64,000 nt of DNA from a virus, in the IMG/VR virus record IMGVR_UViG_3300025294_000154, one strand, 5' to 3'. The stretch's first letter is position 1; every line of letters starts with the position of its first letter. Under the pieces are notes generated by a model. The model saw only the letters and a program-made list of their open reading frames with translations, was not told the DNA's origin and ran no database searches. The position numbers were made by a program, and so were the translations under genes. Positions 16,497-25,208 of this stretch are shown one piece after another.

Positions 16497-17734
16497 CGAT
16501 CACGCGAGGATTACCCGTCGGCCGGTGGCATCCCGTCACCGGCCGCTGTCGCATCAGGAGGGCGGCCGTGGGCAAACATCGGACACCAGAGGAAGTCGCT
16601 GCGGCTCGCGCCGAGATCGAGACCAAGCGGGCAGAGCGGCTTGCTGGCCGGCAGGCGAAGTGCGCATCGGTCTACAACGTGCCGTGCCTGGGCGGTTGCT
16701 CGAAGGGTTGCCGGCGCGCTGCCACGGCTCGCAAGCTCGCCAAGGCAAAGAAGGCTCAGCGCGAACGCTCTCAGAAGGCGAGGGCGGCTTCGATCGCCAA
16801 CGTCAACGCTAGCCAGACTGCCGCCTATCAGGCTGAGGTCGCCTCGATCCAGTTCGAAATGAAGGATCGTCGCTCGAAGCTCCGAGAGGTCGAGCGCTGG
16901 CAGGTCTCGGTCATGTACCTGTGTGGTTTCACCATCGACGAGATCGACTCGAAGATCGGCGCCAACGAGAGGCGTGGTCCGATCAATCGGATCGTCACCA
17001 AGGGAAAACTGGAAGCCGTCAGGAAGAGCACCCAGCGGATCAACCGGCTGGCGGACCTCGCCAGCAAGGCTCCGCACGGCATGGATGGCTTCGCCTTGTA
17101 CTGGGCAGCACAAGGTTCACCGCGGGGACTGCACCGCCATCTGCAGGCGGCTCTGGACACCAAGCCCGAGTTCCAGCCCATGAAGCAGAAGCTCCGAGGC
17201 GGTGTTGAGCGCATCTGGAACCCGAACGCTTCAGCTCTTCATGCCGAGGCCAGCGCCGGCGGGATCGAGGAATACTGCCTGCAGGCTGGCGTCTGGCTCA
17301 GCGTGCTTTTCGGCCGCATCGGGGTCGGTGGGATGAAGGGCTTCGATCCGACACGAGAATTCGTGGACGGGGGTGGGGCCAGCGATGCTGCCGAATCCTC
17401 CATCGACGCCATCAAAATCCAAGCTCGGATCAAGGAGCACGTTCTCGCAGCCTTCCGACCAGATGGCACGGCCGAGTGGCGCTGGCTCACTCTCGACCAT
17501 GTCGTGAGACTGGACCGGTCCCTCAGAACGCTCGATCTTCCAGCGGGCCTCGGCTCACCGAGCAAGTTCCTGAACGAGGCGCTGCAAGAGGTTGCAATCG
17601 CCCGGAACATGGCGCCGTCGGGGATCCGATCTCGCCGTCCGGGCAGTACTCTGGATGAGGCCTATCGAGAAGCCGGGCGCTTAGAGTTGGAAGCCATCAG
17701 AGCCCATTACGTCCTGCGAGCGGATAATGCGTAG
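16493..17734 (+). CDS. Large hypothetical protein at end of early-right operon; candidate late-gene regulator (DUF6456-like C-terminus)
   Basis: TTGA overlap with HU stop; FDPTREFVDGGG motif; occupies lambda Q position. Confidence 0.5.
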   Translation: MTITRGLPVGRWHPVTGRCRIRRAAVGKHRTPEEVAAARAEIETKRAERLAGRQAKCASVYNVPCLGGCSKGCRRAATARKLAKAKKAQRERSQKARAASIANVNASQTAAYQAEVASIQFEMKDRRSKLREVERWQVSVMYLCGFTIDEIDSKIGANERRGPINRIVTKGKLEAVRKSTQRINRLADLASKAPHGMDGFALYWAAQGSPRGLHRHLQAALDTKPEFQPMKQKLRGGVERIWNPNASALHAEASAGGIEEYCLQAGVWLSVLFGRIGVGGMKGFDPTREFVDGGGASDAAESSIDAIKIQARIKEHVLAAFRPDGTAEWRWLTLDHVVRLDRSLRTLDLPAGLGSPSKFLNEALQEVAIARNMAPSGIRSRRPGSTLDEAYREAGRLELEAIRAHYVLRADNA

Positions 17735-17740
17735 ATCGGG

Positions 17741-18676
17741 TTATTGCCCATCGAACTGTCGCCGCTCAATCGTGAAGGATGATCGACCCGGGCGTCGGAT
17801 CAAATCGAAGTCGCGACGGTCAGTGAAGCCAGGGCAAGCGATCTGGTAACCGAATGCTAGTCTTGAACCGCTGTAGTGAGACGGGATCGTGAATACAAAG
17901 TCGCCGACTGACATTGATATCTCCCGGAAAATCGGAAAATTTTTAGGAACGCTAAGCTCTGTTTTCCAGGCCCATAAAGTGGGCCCTTCGGGATGCGACA
18001 AGGTAGTGGCTTGGCGCGAAAATATAGGGGGGATGGAACTAGGCTGCAGGTTCTCATCGAAATACACCGCTAGCGACGTGTATAGAGCGGGCTCAGCCGC
18101 ATCATTGCTAAGCGTCACGCGAAGCCCGCACATCTCGGAGCCTTGCATCAAGCCCTCCGCCTTGGGGCGGAAAATCGCGAAATCGCAGACTAATGATGGC
18201 GAGCGAATTCGGTTAATTGCTTCCCGAATTTCATAATCGGCCATTGGGTCGGCCATGAAATTATGGCGGCGGTAGTACTTGAGATCGACCTTCGCCTGAT
18301 GCGGGGCAAGGGTGGTCGCCTGCGGGATCGAGACGACGTATGCAACGTCTGTGGGCTCGGGGCCCACCTCGATCATCTTGATCGTCACGCCCTCCACAGA
18401 CGGCGCGATGTTGTTTCGGATGACTTTCTCAAGCCACTCGTGGTTGAAGCGTCGGACGTCGACCGGCTGGAAGTCGGCGGCGGCGTGATCCCTTTCCTTA
18501 ATTCCGTAGATGATCTGACCACCGGCGGCGTTGGCCATTGCCGACACGTCCTTGCCGATTTCGCCTTTCTTTTCGTTAGCGATGGCCGCGCCGGCTTTGA
18601 ACTCAAGCGTCAGGCTCTCACGCTCGCTCTCCATAATGAGCGAGAAAAGGTCGTCTCTAGTTTCCAACTTCAGCAT
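17741..18676 (-). CDS. Schlafen/AlbA_2 domain protein (moron)
   Basis: ESLTLEFK..EIGKDVSAMANAAGGQIIYGIKE..YYRR motif; antisense to flanking phage operon. Confidence 0.88.
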   Translation of the reverse strand: MLKLETRDDLFSLIMESERESLTLEFKAGAAIANEKKGEIGKDVSAMANAAGGQIIYGIKERDHAAADFQPVDVRRFNHEWLEKVIRNNIAPSVEGVTIKMIEVGPEPTDVAYVVSIPQATTLAPHQAKVDLKYYRRHNFMADPMADYEIREAINRIRSPSLVCDFAIFRPKAEGLMQGSEMCGLRVTLSNDAAEPALYTSLAVYFDENLQPSSIPPIFSRQATTLSHPEGPTLWAWKTELSVPKNFPIFREISMSVGDFVFTIPSHYSGSRLAFGYQIACPGFTDRRDFDLIRRPGRSSFTIERRQFDGQ

Positions 18677-18876
18677 TTCGGATCCCGCAAAGAAGGGGCA
18701 GCCTAGCGAGATAGCCGCGGCCGGTCATCGCAGGAAATCCACAGGCACGCCGGCGCCGATAATTGCAGTGTCTGCAAGGAATTCGCGCGATAATTGCGTC
18801 TGCGGCGGATTGGTCCGCAGAGGATTTCTAAAAATTGCCGATTGACGCAATCTGCGAAGTGATTCATACGAATCCT

Positions 18877-18952
18877 ACAAGGCGAATCGTCTCTCCACGG
18901 ATGTACTGGATGAGACGCCGCCAGCGAGCCCGGCCCCTGCGGTCGGGCTTTT
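18877..18952 (+). ncRNA. Candidate two-hairpin small RNA
   Basis: TTGACG 18842-17 bp-CATACG 18865; hairpin 18881-18922; terminator hairpin after it. Confidence 0.35.
18927..18952 (+). terminator. Intrinsic terminator (+ strand)
   Basis: agcccggcc-cctgc-ggtcgggct then T-run. Confidence 0.7.
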
Positions 18953-18986
18953 GCGTTTCAGAATGCCGTGCCGGCCGTCGGCGCGG

Positions 18987-19469
18987 TCACCAATTCCAGT
19001 CTGCACGCGGCGCTACTTCCACCACGCTGATGATCTCTAGCGGCGTGATAGACAGAGTTTCTCTACGCATTGGCTCGGGCCGCAAAGGTACGCCATTCCA
19101 ATAGGCGCGGCAGGCAGTCGGGTCGGTTGGGTTTGACGGTCCGGGAAGGGCATTCCAATCCGCATGATGCCGTGCAGCGGTCGGCTCCAAAACCCTGACT
19201 TGGTAAAGCAGCATCGTGACGTAGCGCGAGAAATCAGCCTGCGCATAGACAATGGCGTCGTCCGCTCGCTCAAAGAAGAAGGCGCAGTCAAGCCTTGATG
19301 GGCACGAAGCGAATTCCGCCAATCGGATCTGCTCAAGGGCTGTTTCCCTGGTCCACAGATTGTGCAGATGCTTCGCCTTTCGGATGATCCGCCCCCAGTT
19401 TCCGGGCAAGATCACGGAGCCGGGGTTTAGCCCTGTGCTATTGAAGTGGTACGCGAATTCGCCGCTCAT
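18987..19469 (-). CDS. ADP-ribosyltransferase-fold protein (DUF2441/Arr-like)
   Basis: YH..GLNPGSVILPGNWG, RE..LEQIR..F..PSRLDCAFFF, YW..RRETL; GAGG RBS. Confidence 0.7.
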   Translation of the reverse strand: MSGEFAYHFNSTGLNPGSVILPGNWGRIIRKAKHLHNLWTRETALEQIRLAEFASCPSRLDCAFFFERADDAIVYAQADFSRYVTMLLYQVRVLEPTAARHHADWNALPGPSNPTDPTACRAYWNGVPLRPEPMRRETLSITPLEIISVVEVAPRADWNW

Positions 19470-19622
19470 AATGACCTCGGGTGGAATCGGCCAATCGTTG
19501 CATACCCGCCGAATTATTTCTCCTGCTTTGGAGCGTCAGTAAGGTTAGCGACAGACAAGACTTTCAGACGTCTGGATTCTTGCCGCCCATCGAGTATAGC
19601 GTCGCGAGGGGAGAGGGCGATC

Positions 19623-20828
19623 ATGCGTCTGTCGGTTGCATTTGTAGTGTGTGTCTTGGCCAGCGCGGCCAATGCTCAGGATCAATCGCGGAAACTGTTC
19701 GCTCCCACGGTTCGCGCAGCCACCGATTGTGCCAGCCGGGTTATTGCCAGCCAGGGCGTGCTGCCCACCGCTAGCGATGACCAGATCCGAGAAGCGGCGC
19801 GAAGAGCCTTTGGGGGGCAATGCCGTGCAGAAGGTCTTCTTCTAGCGAGCGAACACGATCGTCTTTATGGCGCTGGAACCGGTCGCTCCTTCGTCGATGG
19901 ACCATATTTCGCCGACTTTCCGCGGGCGGCTCGCGTTCGGATGAACGCGCCGGGCGGGTTGACGGTAACGGTCAGCAAGCCGATGCGCTGCCCGGACATG
20001 CTTGAGATTTACGAGGTTCAAGACGCCGGCCGCGATATCGCAATGGCCGAACGCGATGATCTGCAGCGCAACCCTAAAACAGAGTTGGACCTCCTCGCAG
20101 CCTTCACTCGGCGAATGGAGGCACGGCTTCGCCAAGCGCGCCATGCCATGGCCGGCCCGGTCCTGGAGGAATTCCGCAGGCTTCCCCAGGCCGGGCTCGA
20201 AGCGTGCTTCCCAACGCTTCGCCCGGTCGTAGCGGAAGCCCGACAAATCGCTGCTCAGCTGGAACTCCAGCGTCAAGAGATGGAGCGGCAGCGGGTTGAA
20301 GCAGAGCGCTTGCGCGTGGAAGCCGAGCAGCGCAGAGCTGAGGAGCAGCGCGCGGCTGATCAGCGGAGGGCTGAAGAACTCCGCATTGCGGAGCTGCGTC
20401 GCGCAGAGGCGCAGCGGGCGGAGGAAGAGCGGCGGAGGTTGGTACAAGAGGAAGCAGAGCGCAAACGGGCCGAAGCCCAACGAGCGGAGGAAGAGCGGCA
20501 GCGTGAAGAGCGCCGACCCGTCAATGTCCTCAAGAAGCTGTACTCTCAGTACGGCTACGTTAAGCGGTGCTTTGATTACCGGACCGGGTACGTCGACATT
20601 TTCATCTCAGAGTCCGAATTCACACGTGCCCGTAACGCAATCAAGATCATCGAAGATCGCGTCCGAAAGATCGACCCATCGATCAATACCGACCAGGCCT
20701 GGGCGGAGGCGGCGACGAGCATCAACGTCGTACCAGACCGCGCCTCATGCCAGTACTCGCTGACGTTTTTGATGGCGGCATTTCAAGAGGTCGCTCCAGA
20801 GGCGGCTGCGCCGAAGAAGGACTTCTAA
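19623..20828 (+). CDS. Secreted protein with central charged coiled coil
   Basis: Signal peptide ending ANA-Q; repeated RAEAQRAEEER units. Confidence 0.75.
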   Translation: MRLSVAFVVCVLASAANAQDQSRKLFAPTVRAATDCASRVIASQGVLPTASDDQIREAARRAFGGQCRAEGLLLASEHDRLYGAGTGRSFVDGPYFADFPRAARVRMNAPGGLTVTVSKPMRCPDMLEIYEVQDAGRDIAMAERDDLQRNPKTELDLLAAFTRRMEARLRQARHAMAGPVLEEFRRLPQAGLEACFPTLRPVVAEARQIAAQLELQRQEMERQRVEAERLRVEAEQRRAEEQRAADQRRAEELRIAELRRAEAQRAEEERRRLVQEEAERKRAEAQRAEEERQREERRPVNVLKKLYSQYGYVKRCFDYRTGYVDIFISESEFTRARNAIKIIEDRVRKIDPSINTDQAWAEAATSINVVPDRASCQYSLTFLMAAFQEVAPEAAAPKKDF

Positions 20829-20831
20829 CGC

Positions 20832-21461
20832 ATGCTACAGCTCGACCTCAGTGAGTTCGAGCGGAAGGCCAGGACCATCGGAGGTGCAATCGATCAGGTG
20901 CCATTCGCTTTGGCGGGCGCCCTGAACGACGCGCTCTTCAAAGCGCGTGATCATCTGATCAACCAGACCTGGCCGAATTCGATCACGGTCCGGAACCCGA
21001 GCTTCATCCGCGCCGCCCTAAACGTAGAGAAGGCGAACAAGACGCAGCTCCGCGGCGCCATCATCGACCGCCTTGGCCGCGGCCATCTCAAACTCCACGC
21101 CAAGGGCGGGACCAAGACAGCACGCGGCAACCTCGCCATCCCCAGCACCGCAGTGAAGGGACAGCGCGGCGCCAAGGGAGTGCCTCGCCGGCTCCGCCCC
21201 GCATCAGCCCCGAACACCTTCCGCAAAGGCGACGCCATCTTCCAGCGCGTGGGCTGGCAGCCAAAGGGGGCAGGGAAGGCGAAGCGCAGATCGTCAGCGC
21301 CAACGGACAAGCGCCGCGTGCAGTTGCTTTTCACGCTCAAGCGCGCTGCTCAGATGAAGAAGGACGTTCCCTTCATCGAGGACTTCAACCGCGTGGTGCT
21401 CGAGGAGGTGAGGCGCAGCTTCCCCACACGCATGGCGCGGGCGATGGCGACCCGTCGGTAA
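20832..21461 (+). CDS. Phage virion protein, lambda gpZ-like
   Basis: Basic; VPFALAGALND..VPFIEDF..F..RMARAMATRR pattern; upstream of terminase. Confidence 0.55.
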   Translation: MLQLDLSEFERKARTIGGAIDQVPFALAGALNDALFKARDHLINQTWPNSITVRNPSFIRAALNVEKANKTQLRGAIIDRLGRGHLKLHAKGGTKTARGNLAIPSTAVKGQRGAKGVPRRLRPASAPNTFRKGDAIFQRVGWQPKGAGKAKRRSSAPTDKRRVQLLFTLKRAAQMKKDVPFIEDFNRVVLEEVRRSFPTRMARAMATRR

Positions 21462-21714
21462 TTGGAAGGAAACCCCGTGCCAAAGACGGTTGAGATAACC
21501 TGTGAGCAATGCCGCAGGTCGCTCGTCTCCCCCTCGCCGGTGCGCCCGATCATACTACCCATTAGAGAGCGCGAGCTGTTCTTCTGTGAAGCCTCCGATC
21601 TCAAGTGCATCACGGTCTTTCTAAACGAGAACAGGCGCCGCCTAAGCGAGGAGCTTTGGCCGTAGGCCACAGAAAGCGGCCCAGGCCCTGACAAATCGAC
21701 CAAGCCCTCACAAA

Positions 21715-21820
21715 AATCCTGGGTCCTTCCAGAAGGGGGGTGGGACGGGGGTAACGCGCGACCCCGGCCCATAACACGGCAGATTTCCACGAAACCGGGT
21801 AACACCGAACGGGTAACAAG
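21715..21820. promoter_or_regulatory. Putative cos / packaging-initiation region
   Basis: GGGTCCTTCC then G-run just upstream of terS; GGTAAC repeats at 21750, 21798, 21812. Confidence 0.5.
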
Positions 21821-21822
21821 CG

Positions 21823-22491
21823 ATGGCGGCGGCGAAAGAGGTAACGCAGGCTGAGTTCGCTCGACTGCGCGGCGTCTCTCGCAAGGCGGTCACGAAGTGG
21901 AAATCGCGCGGGCTGCTGGTGCTGACAGACGCCGGCCTGGTTGTCGTAGCCGCCACCAACGAGCGGCTCGATGAACGCCCGGCTTTAAACAGGGGCGGCG
22001 TTACCCCATCAGCGCCGAAACCGGCCAAGGGTAACAGCGCGAAGACGACACGTTCAAAAGCGGCTGGCGCTCAGGAAGCTCCTCGATCGTCCGTGCTCGA
22101 CAGCACGCCCGAAGGGCAGGCGATGACGCAGGGGCTCACCCATGCGGACGCTGCCCGGGTGAAGGAAATTGCACTTGCCCGGCGCCAGATGCAGGCGTTC
22201 GAGCGAGAGCAGGGAAAGCTGGTCGACATCGAGACGGTCGCCCGTCTGGTCGAGCAAGAATATGCGGTCGTACGTGAGCGGCTGCTCGCAATCCCCGGCA
22301 AGCTCGCCGCCAAGCTCGTTGATCGCACACGATCCGAGATCGAGGCGGCGCTGCAGGAGGAAGTCACCGAGGCTCTCGATGAACTTCATGACCCCGATTT
22401 CGACGGGGGCGACGAACCTGGCGTTGAGGCTGCGGAAGGCTCGGCGCGCGCTCAAGCCGCCGCCGCGGCTGAACCTGGTCGAGTGGGCTGA
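21823..22491 (+). CDS. Terminase small subunit (Nu1-like)
   Basis: TQAEFARLRGVSRKAVTKW wHTH; GKLVDIETV..RERLLAIP. Confidence 0.88.
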   Translation: MAAAKEVTQAEFARLRGVSRKAVTKWKSRGLLVLTDAGLVVVAATNERLDERPALNRGGVTPSAPKPAKGNSAKTTRSKAAGAQEAPRSSVLDSTPEGQAMTQGLTHADAARVKEIALARRQMQAFEREQGKLVDIETVARLVEQEYAVVRERLLAIPGKLAAKLVDRTRSEIEAALQEEVTEALDELHDPDFDGGDEPGVEAAEGSARAQAAAAAEPGRVG

Positions 22492-24439
22492 TCGCTATCG
22501 GTATGTGAGCCTGTCGTCGTCGCCGGGAAAGTGGAAGACGAAATCGCAGCCGATCGCTTTCGGCCCGATGATGTCGCTTTCGGAAAAGGACACCGTCCGC
22601 ATCACGGTGATGTCGGGCACGCAGCTTCTGAAGAGCGAGTTCCTCAAGAACGTCTGCTATTTTTACATCCACCAGGAGCCATCCCCGATCCTATTCGTCC
22701 AGCCGTCACAGCGAGCGGCTGCCGATTTCTCGAAGGAACGGTTCGCGCCTGACATCCGGAAGATGCCGGAAGTAGCTGAAGTCATTCACGCGGCGAAGTC
22801 GCGCGAGAACGAAAACACGATCATCCATAAGGAGTTTCCGGGCGGGCCGCTCGACTTCGTCGGAGCCAACGCCCCGAACGACCTGGCGTCCCGTCCGAAG
22901 CGGATAATCCTCTGCGACGAGATCGACAAGTATCCGGTCAGCGCCGGCGATGAGGGCGACCCGCTCAAGCTCGCGGAGGAGCGCGCCTCAACCTATGAGG
23001 AGCTCGGGCTCGCCAAGTTCGTACGGGTCTGCTCGCCGACCGAGGAGGGAAAATCCCGGATTGGCCGCGAGTATGCCGCCAGCGACCAGCGCCGCTGCTA
23101 CGTCGCCTGCCCGCATTGCGGTACGCGTCAGGTGCTCACCTGGGCCAATATCAAATGGGAGAAGGTACTCGCTGACGGCACGATCACGATCGACGTGCCC
23201 GAAGGCGCTGCTGTCAGGGAGCATCGGCCAAACACCGCGCAGATCATGTGCGCCGACTGCGGAACGCTCTGGAGTGAGCGCGACCGATTGGACGCGTTGG
23301 CCTCGCTGGAGAAGCTTTCCGACTATGGCTGGCGGCAGACCGCCACGTTCTTCTGTTGCGAGGAAGCGCAAACGCCGGAAACATGGTCGGATACCGGCCG
23401 GTCGCTCTGCAAGCACTGCCACGCCCCGTCAGCCTACGAGGGGCACGCAGGCTTCCATATCTCGAAGATCTATTCGGCGCGGCACAGGCTCTCGACGCTG
23501 GTCAGGGAATTCCTTGGCGCCAAGGGAGACCCTGAGCTTCTGAAGAAGTTCACGAACACCGGCCTCGCCGAACTGTGGAAGCCAACTGGCCAGGAATCGC
23601 TCGATGGCGAGCGGTTGATCGACCGGGTCGAGGCATACGGGCCCGATGATCTTCCCGACGCGGTGAAGGTCATCACCGGCTTCTGTGACGTCCAAGGCGA
23701 TCGGCTTGAGGTCCAGCTTGTAGGGTGGGGCGACAACGAGGAGTCGTGGCCATTCCTCTATGAGATCATCCATCAGGATCCGGCTCAGCCGGCCGCGTGG
23801 AAGGAGCTCGACGATCTGCTTGGCCGGCAGTTCCGGACGGGTGAGGGGCGGATCCTCCGCATCGCTGCGTTCGGCATCGACACGGGCGGTCATCACGGCG
23901 CCCAGGTCCATTCATTCTGTCGGCGCCGCAAGCGCCGCCGGGTGTTCGCCTGCATGGGCAACGCAAGCAAGCCGCTCTGGAGCGGCAGAGCCACACGATC
24001 GAGGACCAACGACCCGCTGTGGTTCATCGGCACGAACGCTGCGAAAGACACGATCTATGCCCGGCTTCGCATCCAGCCTCCGGAAGGCGGCGGCCGCAAG
24101 CCTGGCTTGATCCACTTCCCAATCGGCGACGGCTTCGGACCGGAGTATTTCGCCCAGCTCACGTCGGAGGTTCGGCAGACCCGGCGACGTATGGGGCAGG
24201 CGGTTACCGTCTGGATGCTGCCGCAGGGCAAGCGCAACGAGGCGCTCGATACCTTCGTCGGGGCTCTGGCCGTCCGACGGTCTCTGCCCCGAACAGTCGA
24301 GGCATCGCTGGAATTCCGAGCGAAAGACGAGCCTCAACCTCAAGAGCCTACCGCTGAGAAGCGGCCTGAGCCCGTCGTGCCTCGCAAGCCTGCATTCATC
24401 CCGCCACGCCGGCCAGGCTGGCTCTCACCCAGGAGATGA
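22379..24439 (+). CDS. Terminase large subunit (lambda GpA family); start 22379 or 22388
   Basis: PPPRLNLVEWADRYR, GTQLLKS, LASRPKRIILCDEIDKY, CSPT, DVQGDRLE, GIDTGG, RNEALDTFV. Confidence 0.95.
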   Translation: MNFMTPISTGATNLALRLRKARRALKPPPRLNLVEWADRYRYVSLSSSPGKWKTKSQPIAFGPMMSLSEKDTVRITVMSGTQLLKSEFLKNVCYFYIHQEPSPILFVQPSQRAAADFSKERFAPDIRKMPEVAEVIHAAKSRENENTIIHKEFPGGPLDFVGANAPNDLASRPKRIILCDEIDKYPVSAGDEGDPLKLAEERASTYEELGLAKFVRVCSPTEEGKSRIGREYAASDQRRCYVACPHCGTRQVLTWANIKWEKVLADGTITIDVPEGAAVREHRPNTAQIMCADCGTLWSERDRLDALASLEKLSDYGWRQTATFFCCEEAQTPETWSDTGRSLCKHCHAPSAYEGHAGFHISKIYSARHRLSTLVREFLGAKGDPELLKKFTNTGLAELWKPTGQESLDGERLIDRVEAYGPDDLPDAVKVITGFCDVQGDRLEVQLVGWGDNEESWPFLYEIIHQDPAQPAAWKELDDLLGRQFRTGEGRILRIAAFGIDTGGHHGAQVHSFCRRRKRRRVFACMGNASKPLWSGRATRSRTNDPLWFIGTNAAKDTIYARLRIQPPEGGGRKPGLIHFPIGDGFGPEYFAQLTSEVRQTRRRMGQAVTVWMLPQGKRNEALDTFVGALAVRRSLPRTVEASLEFRAKDEPQPQEPTAEKRPEPVVPRKPAFIPPRRPGWLSPRR

Positions 24440-24879
24440 CCATGAGCGTCAAGGAACTCATCAAGAAGGGCGAGGACCTGCTGTCGCGCCGAAACGGCGT
24501 CTGGACCTATCCCGGCTGCGCCAACGACGCCTCCGGCACCAATCTGGTACTGCCGCTGGAGTACGTCTCCGACGCAGAGGTGCAGAAGGCTTTGGCCGAT
24601 GGTGATCTCGTCGCTGCGGTGATGAGCCCGGCTGGCGTGGTGACCAGCGTTCGCCTGGCGGCCGACGATGCTCCGGCAGTCATCCTCGCCGGTCAGGCTG
24701 GCACGCCGGAGATGGGCACCGAATTGCCGGAAGGCTCGCGCGTCGAAAGCGATGCTGGCGCCAGCCCGGTCAAGGCTCGGGATGTCGAGAAGCAGGTCCT
24801 TGCCGCAGCGGCCGATGCTGCTCGCGTCCCGCCGGCGCCAGCCGCTGACAAGCCCGCCGAGAGCCGCGGGAAGCGCTGA
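24436..24879 (+). CDS. Phage hypothetical protein between terminase and gpW
   Basis: ATGA-coupled to terL. Confidence 0.6.
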   Translation: MTMSVKELIKKGEDLLSRRNGVWTYPGCANDASGTNLVLPLEYVSDAEVQKALADGDLVAAVMSPAGVVTSVRLAADDAPAVILAGQAGTPEMGTELPEGSRVESDAGASPVKARDVEKQVLAAAADAARVPPAPAADKPAESRGKR

Positions 24880-25001
24880 TGGCCGAGGGTTCCGAGACCC
24901 CGCGCCCACAGCCCAATCCTGACGATCGCTACGCGACGCCACCTTGGCGCCGTGAGCCGATCTCGACGAACGATCCCCGCAAGGGACGATGACGGTGACC
25001 G

Positions 25002-25208
25002 ATGGCCACAGAACTGCAACTTCGTGCCAGGCTGGAAGCCATCGAGAACGCCATCTTCTCCGGCGTCACCCGCGTCAGCTATGACGGCAAGTCGACGGAG
25101 TACCGGTCGCTCGCGGAGATGAGGTCGGTGCGTGACGATATTCGCCGCCAGCTTGGAGAGCCCGTGCGAGCTCGTCGAACCGTCGCCAGCTACAACGGCG
25201 GCTTCTGA
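25002..25208 (+). CDS. Head-tail joining protein gpW-like
   Basis: SGVTRVSYDGKSTEYRSLAEM. Confidence 0.85.
   Translation: MATELQLRARLEAIENAIFSGVTRVSYDGKSTEYRSLAEMRSVRDDIRRQLGEPVRARRTVASYNGGF

Noticed and set aside
20270-20510. Repeated GAGCAGCG / GCGGAGGAAGAGCGG units
   Set aside because: Explained by coiled-coil codon repeats inside the secreted protein
22169-22378. N-terminal extension of the terminase ORF in the track
   Set aside because: Lies wholly within terS; GpA-like sequence begins at 22379/22388
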